From Eledone cirrhosa (Eukaryota): a DNA stretch of 64,000 nucleotides. Where the stretch lies: positions 29,140,001-29,204,000 of the forward strand of contig OZ024743.1 in NCBI GenBank assembly GCA_964016885.1, given 5' to 3'. The notes beneath the pieces are model-generated. The model was not told the origin of the DNA. It ran no database searches and saw only the letters and a program-made list of their open reading frames with translations. The translations under genes were made by a program, and so were the position numbers. Of the stretch, positions 58,047 to 64,000 are shown piece after piece; within the stretch, counting starts at the first letter, position 1; each line of letters starts with the position of its first letter.

Positions 58047-59491
58047 TTAATAAGTCAAACAAATAGAAAGATAATGAGTATTTTAAATTATAAGCTGTAT
58101 TGGTTTTAAAACGGGTGAAACCTTACACACCACTGTATAATATTACAATGTTACACAACACAATAGTTACCAGTGTGTTTGTTGCTGTTACTATTGTTGT
58201 TATGTAGCACCAAGTCACATCTGATTGACGTGCCCTATGATCAAACGCATTCCAGTAGTGAACATTGCGTTTTTTTTTGTTACACGCAGTCTATTGAGAA
58301 CTACATTATTCAACGTGTTCATTCATACTCAGAGGGAAGTAGTTCTCAGATAGTACATCGAATGAGGTATCTAAGTGCACCGTGGTTTAAAAAGATATTT
58401 TCGTTCTGTCTTTCTGCGCACTGAGTGAAAATCCTACCGAAGCCAACTTTACTTTTCATCTTTTTGAGGTCAATAGATAAAGTACCATTTCAGTGCTGAG
58501 GTTGATTCTTACACTATAATCTTCACTCTCCCTGTTACTCTAGAAGAAATGTGCCCCGGAGAGGTATGGGCTCCGTCAGGTTTAAAATACTCAAGACATA
58601 TAACGATAGCGCTCCTACGACCCCGACAGAAGTTAAGTACCCACCATGCATACAGCTGCACTCAATACTGCAGTGAAAGCATGCAATGCAATATAACTAC
58701 TGAACAATAATATTTACAATAACATTTCAGTATCGTCAATATGGAGAATGAAACAAGAATAATCGAAAAAAAAAAAAAGAAAATAACGATTTTGTATTTA
58801 TTGCAGATAATTAACGTTACTAACTAGTTTTGTTTCTACGCTTTCATATTTCTCCTATTCTCCTATATTGCTATTTACTTTACTCTATTCACTCATGTTT
58901 ATTCATGTATCTAATTTAAGTACAGAGTAACTCAGATTTATATATTTACTTGAAAACTAAATATATCTAAAATGCTCCAGTACATGGTGGTTAAATTTGT
59001 AAGCTGTTTTGATTGAATTAGAATTACAAAAATATTACCTCGAGCTAAATGATCGCAAATGGTCTTTGCATGTAATTGTTTCTTACCAACATCACCAGAA
59101 TACAAATGGAATTGAAGTTACGCAATTAAGGTAAAAAGTCAGCCGTTATTGGAGTTTTATGAATCTTGGAATCTCTTTTGTTGGAAAACTGACAGATTGG
59201 TTCGAAGTATTCGATTTTCGACATTTTAGCATTTCCATTACATAAAATTGTTATAAACACACTGCCCTGTCAGGGTGAATAAGTATGCAATTTGTATCTA
59301 AGAACGCATGTATTGGAATATTTTGACATATTTAAAGCTTCTCACCTTTTAAACCCGATTGAACTTGAACGTTTTATTGAATATAGTTTAGATTTACTGT
59401 TATTTGAAGATAATGATTTTATTTTTCTAACGATTTTCGTTGAGATAAAATTAACTTGATTGAACATCGCAGATGTTTGGGTAGTTAAAAT

Positions 59492-59697
59492 AATTGTTTC
59501 TACTTTAGGCACAAGGCCAGCAATTTGAAGGGGGAAGGGAAAGTCGATTAAATCGACCCCAGTGCTTTATTTTATCGACCCTGTAAGGATGAAAGGCAAA
59601 GCTAACATCGGCGGGATTTGGACACAAAACAGAAAGGCCTGAAATGCCGCGAAGCATGTTGTCCGACGCTCTACCGATACTGAAAATCTGCTGCCCT
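59492..59697 (-). mobile_element. Family A SINE
   Basis: Reverse complement of the family A consensus. Confidence 0.8.
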
Positions 59698-60289
59698 TGG
59701 TGCTGCTCTGGCTAACCACGAAACATAACATATTTCATTAGAAAAACAAAGATGGCATGTTTGTATCCTTTCCAAAAGGTGTAGTGATTGTAAGGTAAGT
59801 GTAATAACTGCGGCTGATAAGCTAACTTTCAGTTCATTTTTCAGCTGTCAACAGTCATCAGTCTTTTGAGATAAAAGAGTATTGAAAAATTAATGAATGC
59901 AACACGCTAAGAATAAGAACATGGATATGATAAATAAGTTTATTTAAAGTGTTTCTTGACAATTCTAAGATAATATATATTTACAGAGCTTGAGACATGT
60001 CATCGAAATAAACTCTCTCCTAGTTCCGACGCACAGATATTCTAGTAGTTTGACGAATGGAACTAGTAGTCTGACCAATAGAATTATAGTGCAAGTGGTT
60101 CAATGTCACATAGAATCTTGGAATTTTAATAAAACACACAGGGTGAAAACAAATATAATAGCACTACATGTTTCCATGGGCCTTTAACACACAAGGATGC
60201 TGCCATGATACACAGCGTGACGTGGGCATTTAAAAGTGGCAGATCTCCTCACTTTGCAGGTTGGAGAGTAGTCGATTTCTCACTGAGAA

Positions 60290-60322
<33 letters not shown>

Positions 60323-60686
60323 TACTTTTTCTTATCAAACGCCGAAGAATAAAAATGCGAATATGATATCAGCCGGATTTGAACTCAGAGCGCTATGAGC
60401 CAGAATAAAGACCTTAAAACATTCTAGGTGACTTTTTAACGGTGCTGCCAATTCGTGTACATTTTACTTGTCAGAGATAAACATACAGCGTATCTTCTGG
60501 AAACATCAATAATAATGTGTGGCTGCGTTCACCGTATGATTCATCGTAATAGATTAAATACCACCGAAACCAGTGCTAAATAATAGAATTCTCTTCCACA
60601 AATTGTCCTTTACACTTGATTCAGAGTATATATATATATATACATATACATATACATATATATATATATTTATATATATATATATA

Positions 60687-61545
60687 TGAAAGACGTAAAA
60701 TAAGAAAATTGTTAAAATTAACTTACTTACTAAAATTTTCACTCCAACTAATTAGTTTCTGTAAGGGAATAAATATAGTTACACAACACAACCATAGAGA
60801 AATCCTTACGTCATCTGGGAGTCTATTCTCAGCTAAGTTCCCAGGCAATGCGTGGACACAAGGAACTCAAATAAAAATAATTCAGTGGATGGAAAAAAGC
60901 AAGCAGGGACTATATTCCATGACACTGAAAAAATTCACTGCCTTCTTGGTCAGTGGCAAATTCTAAAGAATCAATCACGTGACACTGAGATTAATCAGTG
61001 AGGAGTGAGGTGGTAATAAGACAAGAGCCTAACTACTACCATGAACCATAGCAGTAATTTCGGCAATTTTGCTCAACAAATAATTTGGAGATAAATATAA
61101 AGAATTAGTATATCTACCAACATATGTATACAGATGTATACCTATGCCGGCAAATATATATGTTATGTCTTAGTTACGCAACGGACCCATAGAGAAATCC
61201 TTACGTCATCAGGGAGTCTATTTTCAGCTAAGTTCCCAGGCAATGCATCCACTGAATTATTTTTATTTGAGTTCCTTGTGTCCACACATTGCCTGGGAAC
61301 TTAGCTGAGAATAGACTCCCTGATGACGTAAGGATTTCTCTATGGTTGCGTTGCGTAACTATATTTATTCCCTTACAGAAACTAATTAGTTGGAGTGAAC
61401 ATTTTAGTAAGTTAATTTTACGTCTTTCATATAATTGTTCTGCATCCCCTTGCATAGAACCACAAAGTTACTAAGACATAACATATATATTTGCCGGCAT
61501 AGGTATACATCTGTATACATATATTGGTAGATATACTAATTTTTT
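60687..61545 (+). mobile_element. Nested inverted-repeat, hammerhead-bearing non-coding PLE-like element in (TA)n
   Basis: 60687-60891 inverted versus ~61246-61432; ~61100-61173 inverted versus ~61470-61545; third partial copy at 61187-61245. Confidence 0.75.
61315..61396 (+). ncRNA. Hammerhead ribozyme
   Basis: actcc CTGATGA cgtaagg...ccttaca GAAA ctaattag TT ggagt. Palindromic CTAATTAG. The inverted copy at 60741-60822 has core CAGATGA. Confidence 0.78.
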
Positions 61546-61562
61546 ATATATATATGTATATG

Positions 61563-61847
<285 letters not shown>

Positions 61848-61942
61848 ATATATATATATATATATATATATTAGTTCATACCGGGTTCAATCGGGGGTAA
61901 CCACAGTAAGTAAGGTACTCAATACATAGCAGAGTATAAATA

Positions 61943-61974
<32 letters not shown>

Positions 61975-62060
61975 TTCACCGTAATTTTTGACTAAAGAAA
62001 TTTTAGTCTTATAATGGGGTTTAGAACCCTCAGATAAATGGAAAAAGATGAGTTTTGACG

Positions 62061-62135
<75 letters not shown>

Positions 62136-62730
62136 TACATTGAGTTAGAAACTCAAAATAGTCTTTTACAATTAAATACATCAAAGAAAGAAATTTTTCC
62201 GAGCCGTGTAACATAATATAATTGAATATATGAGGGAGATGAACTCAGATATAAGTATATATGTGTTCCAATTGCAAAGGACCAAGTTAACTAGGTTGAA
62301 AAAAAATACTAACTTAATACCATATGGTTTGCCTGATTCGATTTAAAGTAATAAATCAATACTGATACATATATATATATGTATTAGTATTGGTGCTCTG
62401 AAATAACGATGTATATATGAATGTACGTTTAGCATATTTATGATATACTGTATGTTTATTTTAAAACATTTTGAAGGCCATTCGCTATGAATTTTAAAGT
62501 AGTGACTAACGTCACGTACCAAGTCTCGGTAAAAGCAAAGCGGAGTAATCGTCAGTCACCGTTTCTCACTTGTAAGTGGTTATCATGACTATATACCCCT
62601 TCGCTCCTGCCGAGAGTTATGGAAGCTGGATTCTTATAGAATTCCAGTAATGTTTATGAGCTGTTTAAACTCGTTAGCATACAGAGTTGTATATTATTGA
62701 ATATACTATACGTATATTCATATATATATA

Positions 62731-62834
<104 letters not shown>

Positions 62835-62889
62835 GTGCACCAAACAGGCGAAATGAACTATAAATTAATATATATATATATATATATAG

Positions 62890-63540
62890 TTATGTAATAA
62901 ACAACAAAAATTTAGGATTCTACAAAACTTGAAAGCCACCTCAACTTGCCTGAACTCCAAGACCGAGATCTTCAGATGCTGTCCTGACCTGAAATCACAT
63001 CTGATCTGTAACTGGATTGACATTCCTACGATGACTCAACCACCTTGAACTTCTTCTCTGCTCTCTACGCCTTACATCCACTACGATTTTTATTACTCTC
63101 TGAACTCACTTTCTGTACTCTTATATTCTTTTTCTCCCTTATCTCCCCTTATATTTAAACTTTTTCCTATGTTATTTATTTTCCTTATTCCCCCCTACTT
63201 TCTAGCTTACCCTTTACATACCCACCTTTTTTATTTATAGATATTTATTTCTGTGTGTATGTATGTGTTGTGTATATGTGTATATGTGTATATATATATA
63301 TGTATATATATATGTGTATATAATTATATATATCTGTATGCGTAATTACTTACAGAATGATTTAATGTTTATTTTCATTGATTATTTGCTCTAGGAATAT
63401 GTTGAGTGCTCTAAATCAGCTATAAACATTTATAACTTTATCTATTTATTCATTTATTTATTATTTGTCGTATTCCCAACTATTTGTTTACCCCTTCCAC
63501 CTTTTTATTTTTATAAATACATATAATATTTATGTATCTT

Positions 63541-63545
<5 letters not shown>
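62890..63545 (+). mobile_element. Heavily 5'-truncated Naiad (endonuclease C-terminus plus 3' UTR)
   Basis: 62890-63048 translates LCNKQQKFRIL...CLNSKTEIFRCCPDLKSHLICNW, matching the Naiad LC..EK..I...LN.R.E.F..C.H tail. GTTGAGTGCT at 63401-63410. TA flanked. Confidence 0.62.
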
Positions 63546-63613
<68 letters not shown>

Positions 63614-64000
63614 GTAAGTATGTGTGTGTGTGTATATATATATATATATGTGTATATATGTGTGTATATATATATGTATGTATATATATATATAAATATG
63701 TATATGTGTGTGTATGTGTGTGTGTCTATGTATATATTTATATGTATGTATGTGTATGTGTAAATGTGTGTATTGCTTAGCTCATGTGTTTGTTTATTTA
63801 TTTGTATCCTTTCCTGTATCGCTGTCAACTTTATAATCATTTTTATTTTTATTTTCTTAAGTCATAAATTTTTCTTTTTTATTTTTAATTTGATGTGACG
63901 GCTTTTTGCATCATATGGTTGTCCATTGTTTTTATTTCTTTTTTATTATTATTTTTTCTTATAATTAATTGTGTGTGTGCGTATGTAGGTGTGTACATAT

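Overview
AT-rich, microsatellite-saturated eukaryotic DNA with no recognisable host gene. The tRNA-derived SINE families and repeat style suggest a cephalopod (Octopus-like) intergenic or intronic region; this is inference. Most listed ORFs are microsatellite artefacts. The real coding content is transposable elements: a near-complete Naiad-type Penelope-like element (PLE; RT plus C-terminal GIY-YIG, 1251-5352, minus strand, two homopolymer frameshifts), a 5'-inverted truncated Naiad (27374-30145), further PLE fragments, and relics of R4/Dong-like, CRE and Tx1/L1 retrotransposons. There is also a complete non-autonomous Helitron (57103-58046), about 20 SINEs and an ~870 bp local duplication. 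The most striking pattern is a set of sequence-unrelated inserts sitting in (TA)n tracts. Most carry a minimal type-I hammerhead ribozyme with a family-specific self-complementary stem III, many have a fold-back (inverted) 5' end, and several share a TGAGTGCT motif in the 3' tail. They range from ~130 bp non-coding elements to the 4 kb autonomous element. All alignments and RNA folds were done by eye.
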